From contig JAAZAV010000003.1 in assembly GCA_012514145.1 (NCBI GenBank), forward strand, positions 13,516-77,515: a DNA stretch of 64,000 nt, given 5' to 3'. The DNA is from Clostridiales bacterium. GTDB taxonomy: Bacteria > Bacillota > Clostridia > Oscillospirales > CAG-272. Positions 27,447 to 36,804 of the stretch are shown in pieces. Made by a program: the position numbers and the translations under genes. Numbering within the stretch: position 1 is the stretch's first letter; the number at the start of each line of letters is the position of its first letter. The notes under the pieces were generated by a model, which saw only the letters and a list, made by a program, of their open reading frames with translations, was not told the origin of the DNA and searched no databases.

Positions 27447-28681
27447 TTGGCGGTCACAAGTACCCCGCCGCAGGAGGCAATTTCAAAGGAATAGACTCCG
27501 TCCTCCGATCTTAGAAGGGGAATATCCGACCCGGCGGTCAGTTTCACCGAACAGCCGTCGGCGGCGCGGAAGGTCACCTTATGCATACCCGGAGAGGTGT
27601 CATAGGGGTCGGCGGCAGAGCAGACAAAGAGAGCCGCTCCGCTGCAGCCGCTCCGCGGCGCCATCTGCCCGACTATCAGCGGAGAGCCGTCCCCGGCTTT
27701 GAAGTCGAAGAATACGCCGGTATCCAGCGAGTCGACGGCCTTATAGCCGAAGGAAGCGGTACGGGCGAAGTCCTCCCTGCCCCCGAAGCCCACAAAATGG
27801 GTTGAGACGCGGCGGAACTTCATGTATTCCTCGCTCAGCGCGCGAAGCTCGGCGTTGACCGTCTTTAACTTTTCGTACTGCTCTGTTTTCTTGCCCTCTC
27901 CGTCAAGCACCTGATTATGCCACCAGCCGGCGGTGTAGCATGCCCATATGATATTCTCCGCGCCGAACGCCAGGGAGGAATATGCCTGCATACGCAGCTG
28001 GTTTTCGGTTATCCACTTTTCGGGATGCAGCGAATTTACCTGCAGCACTATCCACATGCCGCGTCCGGTATTCCGGCAGGCATCGGCGACTATCGCCAGA
28101 TTCTCATAATGCCCGGCTACCGACGCCGAATACATGTAGAAGTCATAGCAGATGTAGTCGGACGCCACACATTGGCAGTAGCGCTCGATATGCTCGGCAT
28201 AGGTGGCGGTGCCTAATTGGTTAACCGTCTCGGTATCGTTGTTTTTCGCCACCGAGGCGTAATTCGGATAGAGATTCAGATAGGCGAACTGATTGGGGAA
28301 TAGCCGCTCCATGCGGTTGAGAACTTTGCCGTAATGGGGGAAGTCAAGCGCCGAAGGCTCGTCTCCGGCGTCGATGCCCCAGATCGCCGGATGGTCGGCA
28401 AAGGAAGCCGCGGCGGCATCGTATTTTTCGAGGGGATTTGTCGCCGCCATTTTGCCGGCGTTGTCGCCGTCGCCGCCCCACCAGCCGGGAACGACACCGC
28501 TCACTATGGCGCCCACACCGTATTTCTCAAACAGGTCGAGCGCCGGGCGGTCGTTGCCCATGCAGACGACAAAATCTATGCCGCATTCGCTTAACTCCTT
28601 TATGTGCCGCTCGCTGCGGGCATAGGGCTGGAGTATATAGGTTCCTACATTGAGCCTGCTTCTGTCCATGCGTCTGTTCAT
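27443..28681 (-). CDS. Hypothetical protein, possibly a clan GH-A-like TIM-barrel glycoside hydrolase with a C-terminal beta-sandwich
   Basis: IDAGDEPS and NLYPNY blocks are reminiscent of GH42/GH5-type acid/base regions. No signal peptide. Weak assignment. Confidence 0.35.
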   Translation of the reverse strand: MNRRMDRSRLNVGTYILQPYARSERHIKELSECGIDFVVCMGNDRPALDLFEKYGVGAIVSGVVPGWWGGDGDNAGKMAATNPLEKYDAAAASFADHPAIWGIDAGDEPSALDFPHYGKVLNRMERLFPNQFAYLNLYPNYASVAKNNDTETVNQLGTATYAEHIERYCQCVASDYICYDFYMYSASVAGHYENLAIVADACRNTGRGMWIVLQVNSLHPEKWITENQLRMQAYSSLAFGAENIIWACYTAGWWHNQVLDGEGKKTEQYEKLKTVNAELRALSEEYMKFRRVSTHFVGFGGREDFARTASFGYKAVDSLDTGVFFDFKAGDGSPLIVGQMAPRSGCSGAALFVCSAADPYDTSPGMHKVTFRAADGCSVKLTAGSDIPLLRSEDGVYSFEIASCGGVLVTAK

Positions 28682-28697
28682 ATATCATTCTCCCGTT

Positions 28698-29717
28698 TCA
28701 AAGTATTGTTTTCAGTGCTTTCATCACCTCATCCGCGTAGATGCGGTGGCCGAGGTTGTTCACATGCCAGTTGTCGGCAAAGAGCCGTTCAAAGCGCTCC
28801 GCCTCGCCGAGTCCGGCAAGCTCCCGCTCCATGGCGGCGTTGGCGTCCGCCATAATCAGGGGACAGTTAATCTTCAACCCCACGGCCGCCCCGCGTGAGG
28901 CTTCGATGAAGTCGTTGTAGGGCGAATCGTTATGGGGCATCGCCTGTGCGCCGCACACCGGCGACACGGTTAGCAGTATGACAGCCCGTTCGGCGATCCC
29001 GCCGAATTTCACCAGCAGCCGGGCAAGGTTCTCCCGGTAGGTCTCGGGGGTGCAGCGGGTGAGCCAGTCGTTTATCGTATGGGCTTCGGCTGCAACAATG
29101 TGCGGTCTGAACACTTCCGCGCAGTAGGGGAAACATGTGTCAGCCATGCGAACCGTGCTGCAGCAGCCAACTCCCTGGCGGATGACCGCGTACTCCCCCG
29201 CGTAGCGGGCTGCCGATTCGATCAGCACCTCGCCGCTTATAGGGGCGACGGTCACGCTCCCGCCCGCTTCCAGCCATACGGGAATGTCGAAGAAGGACAG
29301 CTCGCCGTATCGGGGCTGCTTTACCGCAAGGGTCAGTTTTTCATCCCGCCCGGGCGAAGTCAGCCGCACCTCGGCGGGCTCTGTACGGGCGGCGAACCGC
29401 AGGGTGTAGAACGAATCGCGCGACTCATCGCCCTTCAGGGTAATCGGCTTTGTCACAATGGCGCAGCCGGAGCGGGTGTCAAGCACGAACATCCCCGCAA
29501 GACGGTCGAATGTTAATTCAACCGATTCGCTGCCGGTGAGCTTATCCACTTCCTCGCGCACAAGGTTCACATAGTCGCGGCCGTAAAAACGCATGTTGCG
29601 CCCGATGCCCTCACCGTTGTATGGATTGTACGCCACGCTTTCGTCGGTCATCGTGAAGCCGTCGGCTCCCTGCCCGCAGGTGTGGGAATCGCCGGTGAAG
29701 AGGATGATTTTGACCAT
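28698..29717 (-). CDS. SGNH/GDSL family hydrolase (esterase/deacetylase)
   Basis: Block I ILFTGDSHTCGQG, block V DNWHVNNLGH (DxxH). Confidence 0.8.
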   Translation of the reverse strand: MVKIILFTGDSHTCGQGADGFTMTDESVAYNPYNGEGIGRNMRFYGRDYVNLVREEVDKLTGSESVELTFDRLAGMFVLDTRSGCAIVTKPITLKGDESRDSFYTLRFAARTEPAEVRLTSPGRDEKLTLAVKQPRYGELSFFDIPVWLEAGGSVTVAPISGEVLIESAARYAGEYAVIRQGVGCCSTVRMADTCFPYCAEVFRPHIVAAEAHTINDWLTRCTPETYRENLARLLVKFGGIAERAVILLTVSPVCGAQAMPHNDSPYNDFIEASRGAAVGLKINCPLIMADANAAMERELAGLGEAERFERLFADNWHVNNLGHRIYADEVMKALKTIL

Positions 29718-29720
29718 ATG

Positions 29721-30815
29721 TTATACCAACAGAGCCTTGGTTGTGCGCCGCGCCTCAAGGTCGGCGTAGGCTTCGTTTATCTTCTCAAGGGGATAGTCTG
29801 TGGCGGTGGCGGCAATGGCGGCATGCAGCTCGGGATGCTCACAGAGGAAGTCGACATAGGCGTAGACGTCGGAGAATGAATACTGTGAGGAGCCTATGAT
29901 CCGCAGCGCGTTGAAGGTGATAAGATGTGGCTCGATCGCCACCGGTCCACGGTCGGAATACTGCCCCGGAACGAGGTAGACACCGCGGTTGCGAAGCAGT
30001 CTTATGCCGAAGGGCAGAGCATTTGCCCCTCCGCTCGCCTCTATTACAAGATCCGCGCCCAGTCCGCCTGAAAGCTCTTTGACGACAGCGGTTATCTTCT
30101 CCTCGCCGTCACCGGCAAGTGAATACACCTGTTTCAACCCAAGGGAGGCAAGCATTGCGCGCTTTCCGTCGTCGGGTCTGCCCGCGGTGACAAGCAGCAG
30201 GTTCGGCACCCCGGCGGCGGCAAGATACATAGCCGCGAAGCAGCCCACGGCGCCGCTGCCCTGCACCACCGCCACATTCACGCTATCAAGCGACAGTCCC
30301 GCGCCGGCGCCGAGTTTGAACGCATGCATACAGGTGGGACCGGCGCAGGCGAACACCGCCGCGGTCCTGGGGTTGACGGCGGCGGGAATCCTGATAAGAT
30401 TCGACACCGGCGCATAGCACATTCTGCCGTAGCCGCCGTGGAAATGTGGGATTTCGGCGGGGTCGCCGCTGTTTGTCACCCCCATATTCACGCAGTTGGC
30501 GTCGTCGCCCGTTTTGCAGAGCAGGCACTCGCCGCAGGGAACGGCAATGTCGGAGATGACGTAATCCCCCACAGCCAGACCGTTGGTGTCGCCCTCGCCC
30601 AGCGCCTCAACTTTTCCGACAAACTCATGGCCGATAATGCGATCGGGGGTTGAGCCAAGTCTGCCGCTGTGAATGTGCAGGTCCGTGCCGCAGATTCCCG
30701 ACGCCACAAGGCTCATGGCGGCGGTTCCGGCGGAGGGCTTTGTCACCGGGTACTCTCGAAGCTCGAAGGGCTTGTCAATTCCCGTGAATATAGCTGCATA
30801 TGATGTTTTATTCAT
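29721..30815 (-). CDS. Zinc-dependent medium-chain alcohol/polyol dehydrogenase
   Basis: GICGTDLH, GHEFVGKV, structural-zinc CGECLLCKTGDDANC and a GSGAVG Rossmann motif. Confidence 0.9.
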   Translation of the reverse strand: MNKTSYAAIFTGIDKPFELREYPVTKPSAGTAAMSLVASGICGTDLHIHSGRLGSTPDRIIGHEFVGKVEALGEGDTNGLAVGDYVISDIAVPCGECLLCKTGDDANCVNMGVTNSGDPAEIPHFHGGYGRMCYAPVSNLIRIPAAVNPRTAAVFACAGPTCMHAFKLGAGAGLSLDSVNVAVVQGSGAVGCFAAMYLAAAGVPNLLLVTAGRPDDGKRAMLASLGLKQVYSLAGDGEEKITAVVKELSGGLGADLVIEASGGANALPFGIRLLRNRGVYLVPGQYSDRGPVAIEPHLITFNALRIIGSSQYSFSDVYAYVDFLCEHPELHAAIAATATDYPLEKINEAYADLEARRTTKALLV

Positions 30816-30872
30816 GTCAATCCTTTCGCTGGTTATGTCTTATCTATGTTTCCTATTATGCGTGTCGGACTA

Positions 30873-32978
30873 TCATCCGTGCTCGGTGCGTTTCAGAATG
30901 TCCTCCTGGACGTCGCGCCCCAGGTGGATATAGTATGCCGAGAAGCCCGACACCCGCACCACAAGCGAGGCGTATTCGGAGGGATTCTCCATGGCGTCCT
31001 TCAGCACGGCGCGGGAGACCGAGTTTATCTGCATCTCCTGACCGCCGAGGCTAAAATAAGTGCGGATTATCGACGCCAGCTTTGCGCGCCTGTCGTCGTC
31101 GGAGAACATCTCGGGGGAGTACTTCTGATTTACCACCGTGCCGCAGGCGGCGTAGGTGTAGTCGGGGCGGGACAGGGAGCGCACCGCCGCGGTGGGTCCC
31201 TTCTTATCTCTGCCGTGCATGGGAGAGGCGGCGTCGCTGATCGGCTCGTGGGCTTTGCGCCCGTCGGGAGTGGCGCCGATCTCTCTGCCCGCGCCGATAT
31301 TGGCAACGTTTGAGGCGATGGCTATGTAGAAGCCGCCGCCGTCCCGGGTCTTGTGATTTTTGAAGATATTGTAGTGAAATTCGTTGAACCAGACGGCGTA
31401 CTTGTCCACCTCCGGCTCGTCGTTGCCGTACTTGGGGAGCCCCAGAAGCAGCTGCCGCTCCTCCTCATAACCCTCGAAGTCGGCTTTCAATATGTCGCGC
31501 AGATGTTCGAGGGTGAAGAGCCCGCGGTTGTATACCGCCTCCTCTATCGCATAGAGCGAGTCCGCCATGGTGGCGATGCCCATGGCACAGGCGCCGTGTA
31601 CCGAAGGGTACTTTGTGCCGCCCCGGTTTATATCAAGCCCCCGCTCGATGCACTCGGGACAGCCGCAGGACAGGAAGGGCTGCTGATAGTTCTTATAGTC
31701 GTAGCGCTCGTTCTCGTTGCGGAAGCGGCGCACATATTCGTCTGCGCCGTGCTTCATCTGAGCCTCCAGCGCCGCCATGAAGTCGCCCATGGTCTTTAGT
31801 TCCCCGGCGGGCGGAGTTTCCACGCCGAAGGATTTCCCGTCGAAGCCGAAGCCGCCGCAGAGGGCGCGCTCGATATAGACGGGAGAGTTGTAGCGGCCGT
31901 CCGACCAGGGCGGCTGCTTGCCGGGCAGGAAATTCTCGATACAGCCCACCATGCAGTAATCCCTGGCGTCCTCAAGCTCGTAGCCGTAGCGCATGAGGGC
32001 GGGGATATTCACCTCGTCGTTCATCAGCGCCGGATAGCCGAGACCGGTGCCGATTACCTTCAGACATTCGTCGAGGAAGCGGGGTTCGGCGTCCTTGTGG
32101 AGCCGCGCCGACAGGTTGGGACCGGGAATGTTGCAGCGCCGCACCGCCTCCAGCACCGCATAGGTCAGGTCGGTCACCGCGCTTTTGCCGTCCTCCCGCT
32201 TAACGCCGCCGATGGCGATGTTGCAGACGTTGTCGCCGCCGAAATAGCGGGATTCGCCTATTTTCAGCAGGGTGCAGGCGAGATAATCCACCGCGCTCTC
32301 GTAATCCAGTCTCCCGGCGGCTGTGTCCGCCTCATAGTAGGGGTAAAGATAGCGGTCAAGCCTCCCCAGAGCCTGGGCATAGCGCCCCTCAAGGTAGTAG
32401 ACCGTGTGCACCAGCCAGACGAACTGCAGCGCCTGGGGAAAGGTTTCGGGGGGCTTATCCGCGATATGCCGGCAGTTGGCGGCGATCTCTTTCATGCCTT
32501 TAGCCTCCGCGTCGGCGGCATATGACAGGGCATGGCGGGAGAATGCCTCCATGGTTATCCGGGCGGAGCGCAGGAAGTCCTGCTTCTCGGGCTCCTTGTG
32601 ACGCTCGAGAGAAGCGTCGATGTCGGCGATGATGCCGCCAATACCTCTCGACAGCATGTAGGGATAGTCGGGGGCGAAATGGTCGGCGTTTGTGCCGAAG
32701 TGGTTGCGGCCGTAGGAGTTCACCATAGAGTCGGCGTAAGCGCCGAGATTGTCCGCGTCATGACCGAAAAAGCCGCGTATGGTGCCGGCTATAAGGTCGT
32801 TTGCGTAGACCGGCGTCGCCGTTCCGTCGAGCAGCGACGCGAAGGCATAGGCTCTGCCGATGACATTCGCATCGTTCAGGTGCTCACGGTAGCCCTTCCA
32901 CATAAGATAATTGCGCAGGCAGCCGCCCTCGGGTCGTTTGTTGACCTCTGAGCGGAGCGCCTCAAGTCGTTCTGACAT
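30873..32978 (-). CDS. Glycyl radical enzyme (PFL2/dehydratase-lyase type), unusually short at 701 aa
   Basis: Glycyl loop VVRVSGFSAYY (Gly678, DNA 30945-30947) 24 aa from the C-terminus. Thiyl loop MVGCIEN (Cys346 at DNA 31941-31943, Glu348). SD GGAGGAAAA upstream. Confidence 0.9.
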   Translation of the reverse strand: MSERLEALRSEVNKRPEGGCLRNYLMWKGYREHLNDANVIGRAYAFASLLDGTATPVYANDLIAGTIRGFFGHDADNLGAYADSMVNSYGRNHFGTNADHFAPDYPYMLSRGIGGIIADIDASLERHKEPEKQDFLRSARITMEAFSRHALSYAADAEAKGMKEIAANCRHIADKPPETFPQALQFVWLVHTVYYLEGRYAQALGRLDRYLYPYYEADTAAGRLDYESAVDYLACTLLKIGESRYFGGDNVCNIAIGGVKREDGKSAVTDLTYAVLEAVRRCNIPGPNLSARLHKDAEPRFLDECLKVIGTGLGYPALMNDEVNIPALMRYGYELEDARDYCMVGCIENFLPGKQPPWSDGRYNSPVYIERALCGGFGFDGKSFGVETPPAGELKTMGDFMAALEAQMKHGADEYVRRFRNENERYDYKNYQQPFLSCGCPECIERGLDINRGGTKYPSVHGACAMGIATMADSLYAIEEAVYNRGLFTLEHLRDILKADFEGYEEERQLLLGLPKYGNDEPEVDKYAVWFNEFHYNIFKNHKTRDGGGFYIAIASNVANIGAGREIGATPDGRKAHEPISDAASPMHGRDKKGPTAAVRSLSRPDYTYAACGTVVNQKYSPEMFSDDDRRAKLASIIRTYFSLGGQEMQINSVSRAVLKDAMENPSEYASLVVRVSGFSAYYIHLGRDVQEDILKRTEHG

Positions 32979-33028
32979 TTTATTTTCCTCCGTTGCGGGT
33001 TTCGGATGCGGTTATTTACATCTTAATC

Positions 33029-33057
33029 ATTATATCAGATATTCCCCGTTCTGTCGA
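33029..33057 (-). promoter_or_regulatory. Sigma-A-like promoter TCGACA-17-TATAAT for the glycyl radical enzyme operon
   Basis: -10 at 33029-33034 and -35 at 33052-33057 on the minus strand, about 50 nt upstream of the GRE start. Confidence 0.55.
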
Positions 33058-33146
33058 CATGTTTGTCGGAATTTTTATGACGTGTACGCGGCACCGACAT
33101 GTGTCATGAGCCGATATGCCGGCGAAAAAAGACATTCAACCCGCGA

Positions 33147-33175
33147 TTGCCATATATCCCGGTTTGTGGTATAAT
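33147..33175 (+). promoter_or_regulatory. Sigma-A-like promoter TTGCCA-17-TATAAT (TG-extended)
   Basis: -35 at 33147-33152, -10 at 33170-33175, 24 nt upstream of the ATG at 33199. Confidence 0.6.
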
Positions 33176-33198
33176 AAAAAATGACAAGGAGTGACGGC

Positions 33199-36100
33199 AT
33201 GAAAAAAATAATATTATTTGGCATCATATTTTTGCTGACGCTGACGACGCTGGCGGGATTTTTGCTGTTATCCTGCAGCCCGGAGGGCGGCGAAACAACA
33301 AACGAAAGTGAGGTTACAGCCATGCAGACCACACAGAAGATCACGATTCCCGACGCAGAGGTGACGAAGCGCCCCGCTTCCTACCTGCTGCTCCACGACA
33401 CCTCCTACAACGGGGCAAAAGAGGGTATACGCTCGGGCTGGCGCTATGACTGCCGGGGCGGTATACCCGCCGAGGAGCTGAAACTGAACTACGGCACCCT
33501 GACCGACATAAGCACCGAATACGGCACCGCCATGATACGCGAATTCAACCGCATCGACTCGGGCATACTGATGCTCGAGACCTCGGTTTCGCTCACCGGC
33601 GGCTTCGACGGGTTCTCGCTGGAGTTCCGCAACGACGCCGATGAGCCGGTGTATAAGCTGATAACCCGTAACGGCGGCTGGTGCGCGGCAACCGACAGCG
33701 GCGAAGTGCCGATCGAGGGCGCCTCGGGGCGCGAGTCTTACAGCTTCCGGGTTTTCATCGACTTTGACCGGGGCGAGAGCATTACATATATTGACGGGGT
33801 ACAGAGAGACAACCGTTCGCTGATAAAATTGGGACCTGCCGCCAATATTCTGAACTTCCGCTTCGCCACCGACGAGGCAAGCACCGCCATCGCGACTCTC
33901 GGCGGGATACGCATCACCGCCAACTACGCCGTGAACGAGGACTTCGGAACCCACCCCGAGGGCAGCCTCGGCTTCGGCTGGCAGGGCGAGGGCGCGGCTG
34001 CATCCGGCGGCATGCTCAAAGTGACATCGGGTTATGCAAAGCGCTCCTTTGAGCCGGTGGGAGGCGTGGTTTCGCTGCTCACCGAATTCAACCTTACCAG
34101 AAGCCAGGCGATAACCGTCACCGCGGCGGCCGGAGGCGAGCCGGTGGTGTCATTCACCACCGATAAAATCGCTTTCAACGCCAACGGCAGCGAGATTTAC
34201 ACTCCTTACATGCCGAATCTCTGGTACCGGCTGCGCATGGACATCGACACGGCGGCGTCATCGGCGCTGATATGGATAAACGGCAGGAAAACAGCCGAAG
34301 TTCCACTGCTTGCCGTGACAAATCATATCGACAGCGTGCGCATTGAGAATTCCGACAGCTCTCCGGTGAGCTTCGACGGCGTGTCGGTGTTCGAGAAGAT
34401 ACTCGCCGACGACTACCCCGCCGCACCCGTAAAACCGGCGGGCGAGAGCGAATATACCGTGGGCATGAACGTCTGCTCCCTCTGGAAAGAGGGCACCCAC
34501 TGGGGCTGGAGCTGCGTCTCGGCATATGAGGATCCCGAGCCGGTGTTGGGCTACTACGATGAGGGCGTGCCCGAAACCGCCGACTGGGAATTAAAGTATA
34601 TGGCCGAGCACGGCATCGACTTCCAGGCGTTCTGCTGGTACGCCACCGCTTCCGACGCTCCGCTGAAAGCCGGCCACCTTGCCGCCCAGCTGCACGACGG
34701 CTACATGTACGCCGAGTACAGCGACGCGGTGAAGTACTGCCTTATCTGGGAGTGCCAGAACGCCGCCCGACCCTCGAATTTCAACTCATGGCGCGACTAT
34801 TTCGTGCCCTATCTGCTTGAATATTACATCAAGGACAGCCGCCATATGGTGATTGACAATCAGCCGGTGCTCTGCGTTTTCGGCGCGGGACGGCTCAGCG
34901 AAACCCTGGGCGGCGAGGCAAATGTCAAAAAGTGCTTCGACTATCTCGAGGAAGAGGTGCGCAAGCTGGGCTTTGACGGTATGATCTACCTCTCCTGCGG
35001 CTCGGCGTCCGATTCGCTTGCCAAGATGGGCTTTGACGGCAGCTATGCCTATAACTGGGGTACCTCGGGCTGCGAGCTTGCCACCAACGTAAACGGCATA
35101 CTGAACAGCGCCCGCAACAAGTCGATGTATACAGTTCCCACCATAAGCGTGGGCTTCAACAGCATCCCCTGGCACGGCATCCGCTACCCGATGATGACGG
35201 TTGAGGACTTCAACGCCGCCCATACCTGGGTGCGCGATGAATATCTGCCCAAGTACGCGGATAAAGACAGCTGGCAGGACAAGTTTGTCATGCTCTCCAC
35301 CTGGAACGAGTACGGCGAGGGAACCTATATCATGCCCTCGGCGGGCAACGGCGGCTTCGGCTATCTTGACGTTATCCGTTCGGTTTACGCCGGCGCCGAG
35401 CCGGACGAGAGCCTGAACACCGTCCCCACCGCCGCCCAGAGGGAGCGGATAAATCACCTTTATCCCCAGTACCGGCGGCTGCTGCGCAAGACCGGCTACT
35501 ACTCCGAGACGGTGGACGTGTCGGCCCTCACCCCGATATTCGAGATTGATTACAGCTCCAAGGCTGATGTATCGGTCGGCAGCGCGCTGAATCCGGTGTT
35601 CGCCGCCGACGGGCTCAGCGGCACGGTAAACGGCGACACGCTTATTATTAAGAGCGGCATCAGCGTCAAGGCCTCCGAATCGCCCTATATTCGGGTGACC
35701 CTGGACGTGCCGAAGGGCACCCCCTGCGAAGTGTTCTACATCACCGACAAGGACACCTCCTGGACGCAGAACAAGAGCGCCCAGTTCACCGCCAAGGGCG
35801 AGGGGCTCACCGAGTATCTCATAAACATGAGCGAAAAGAACCTGTGGCGGGATACCGTTGTGGGCTTCCGCGTCGACCCGGGTCAGACGGCTGCCGGCGC
35901 CGGCGACCCCGAACACAACTACTTCCGGCTGGTCAAAGCCGAGTTCCTTAACTGCCCCGAACGGCCTTCCCGCACCATATATATAAACGGCCGCGAATGT
36001 GAACTGCAGCTTTGGCCCGAGCTGTCGGAGAAGGGCGAAATCCTCATCTCCTGGGACGGCAGGGTGGCGCTTCACTACCGGCTCAGCGCCTTTGATACCT

Positions 36101-36795
36101 GGGATTATGCCGCAAAGACTCTCACCATCGAGATGAACGGCCATACCGCCGTATTCACCGTCGGCAAGGACAGCTGGACGCTGGACGGCGAAACCAGACA
36201 GCTTGGCTATCCCCTCTACGCCACAGACGGACTGCCCATGCTGCCCCTCGCCGATCTCTGCGAGGCGGTGGGCTACGCCTGTTCGCTCAACGAAAAGGGC
36301 GAGCTGTGTATCGACACGCCGCTCAAAGCCCACTATGAGCATGTGGGGAGCCGGATAAAGGGTCAGTGGGAGTTCGACACTCTCGGCGACACCGAAGGCT
36401 GGAGTTCATCACACATGTCGCTGTTCGTCTCGGGCGGCGGACTTACGGTCAACTCTATCTCCGACACCACCGATCCCATAATCTCCTACGGCGGGGATAT
36501 CGACCTCACCGCCTCCGAATACACCGCCCTTGAGGTGCGCTGCCGCTACAAGTATACTTCGGCATACGCCCAGCATATTTCGGTCTACTTCACCACCGAC
36601 AGCGACGGCACCATGAGCGAAACCATGTCTATAAAACTGCCCATGAGCTCCACCGATTCGGGCGGCGAATGGGAGACCCTGCGCGCCGACCTTACCGCCA
36701 TTCCGTCATGGAAGGGCATTATCAAGCAGCTGCGCTTCGATCCCTTCAACGCGGTGGGCAGCATGGAGATCGACTATATCCGATTCGTCAGATAA
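33199..36795 (+). CDS. Large surface lipoprotein with a central WbsX/GH99-like domain and a copper-amine-oxidase-N-like (stalk) domain
   Basis: Lipobox LLSC after a hydrophobic signal. LGYYDEG..HGIDFQAFCWY and STWNEYGEGTYIMPS blocks (WbsX/GH99-like). YINGRECEL...LPMLPLADLCEAVGY (Cu_amine_oxidN1-like). Confidence 0.6.
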   Translation: MKKIILFGIIFLLTLTTLAGFLLLSCSPEGGETTNESEVTAMQTTQKITIPDAEVTKRPASYLLLHDTSYNGAKEGIRSGWRYDCRGGIPAEELKLNYGTLTDISTEYGTAMIREFNRIDSGILMLETSVSLTGGFDGFSLEFRNDADEPVYKLITRNGGWCAATDSGEVPIEGASGRESYSFRVFIDFDRGESITYIDGVQRDNRSLIKLGPAANILNFRFATDEASTAIATLGGIRITANYAVNEDFGTHPEGSLGFGWQGEGAAASGGMLKVTSGYAKRSFEPVGGVVSLLTEFNLTRSQAITVTAAAGGEPVVSFTTDKIAFNANGSEIYTPYMPNLWYRLRMDIDTAASSALIWINGRKTAEVPLLAVTNHIDSVRIENSDSSPVSFDGVSVFEKILADDYPAAPVKPAGESEYTVGMNVCSLWKEGTHWGWSCVSAYEDPEPVLGYYDEGVPETADWELKYMAEHGIDFQAFCWYATASDAPLKAGHLAAQLHDGYMYAEYSDAVKYCLIWECQNAARPSNFNSWRDYFVPYLLEYYIKDSRHMVIDNQPVLCVFGAGRLSETLGGEANVKKCFDYLEEEVRKLGFDGMIYLSCGSASDSLAKMGFDGSYAYNWGTSGCELATNVNGILNSARNKSMYTVPTISVGFNSIPWHGIRYPMMTVEDFNAAHTWVRDEYLPKYADKDSWQDKFVMLSTWNEYGEGTYIMPSAGNGGFGYLDVIRSVYAGAEPDESLNTVPTAAQRERINHLYPQYRRLLRKTGYYSETVDVSALTPIFEIDYSSKADVSVGSALNPVFAADGLSGTVNGDTLIIKSGISVKASESPYIRVTLDVPKGTPCEVFYITDKDTSWTQNKSAQFTAKGEGLTEYLINMSEKNLWRDTVVGFRVDPGQTAAGAGDPEHNYFRLVKAEFLNCPERPSRTIYINGRECELQLWPELSEKGEILISWDGRVALHYRLSAFDTWDYAAKTLTIEMNGHTAVFTVGKDSWTLDGETRQLGYPLYATDGLPMLPLADLCEAVGYACSLNEKGELCIDTPLKAHYEHVGSRIKGQWEFDTLGDTEGWSSSHMSLFVSGGGLTVNSISDTTDPIISYGGDIDLTASEYTALEVRCRYKYTSAYAQHISVYFTTDSDGTMSETMSIKLPMSSTDSGGEWETLRADLTAIPSWKGIIKQLRFDPFNAVGSMEIDYIRFVR

Positions 36796-36804
36796 GGAGA
36801 GCTT

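Noticed and set aside
34786-36342. Long antisense or shadow ORFs: 34786-36342(-) 518 aa, 13926-14966(-) 346 aa, 8386-9396(+) 336 aa, 61210-62442(-) 410 aa, 53051-54409(+) 452 aa, 45460-46752(-) 430 aa, 15773-16738(+), 51207-52301(+), and others.
   Set aside because: Each lies opposite or out of frame within a gene that has clear family signatures. Their translations are Arg/Gly/Ala/Val-rich with no motifs, which is typical of high-GC shadow ORFs.
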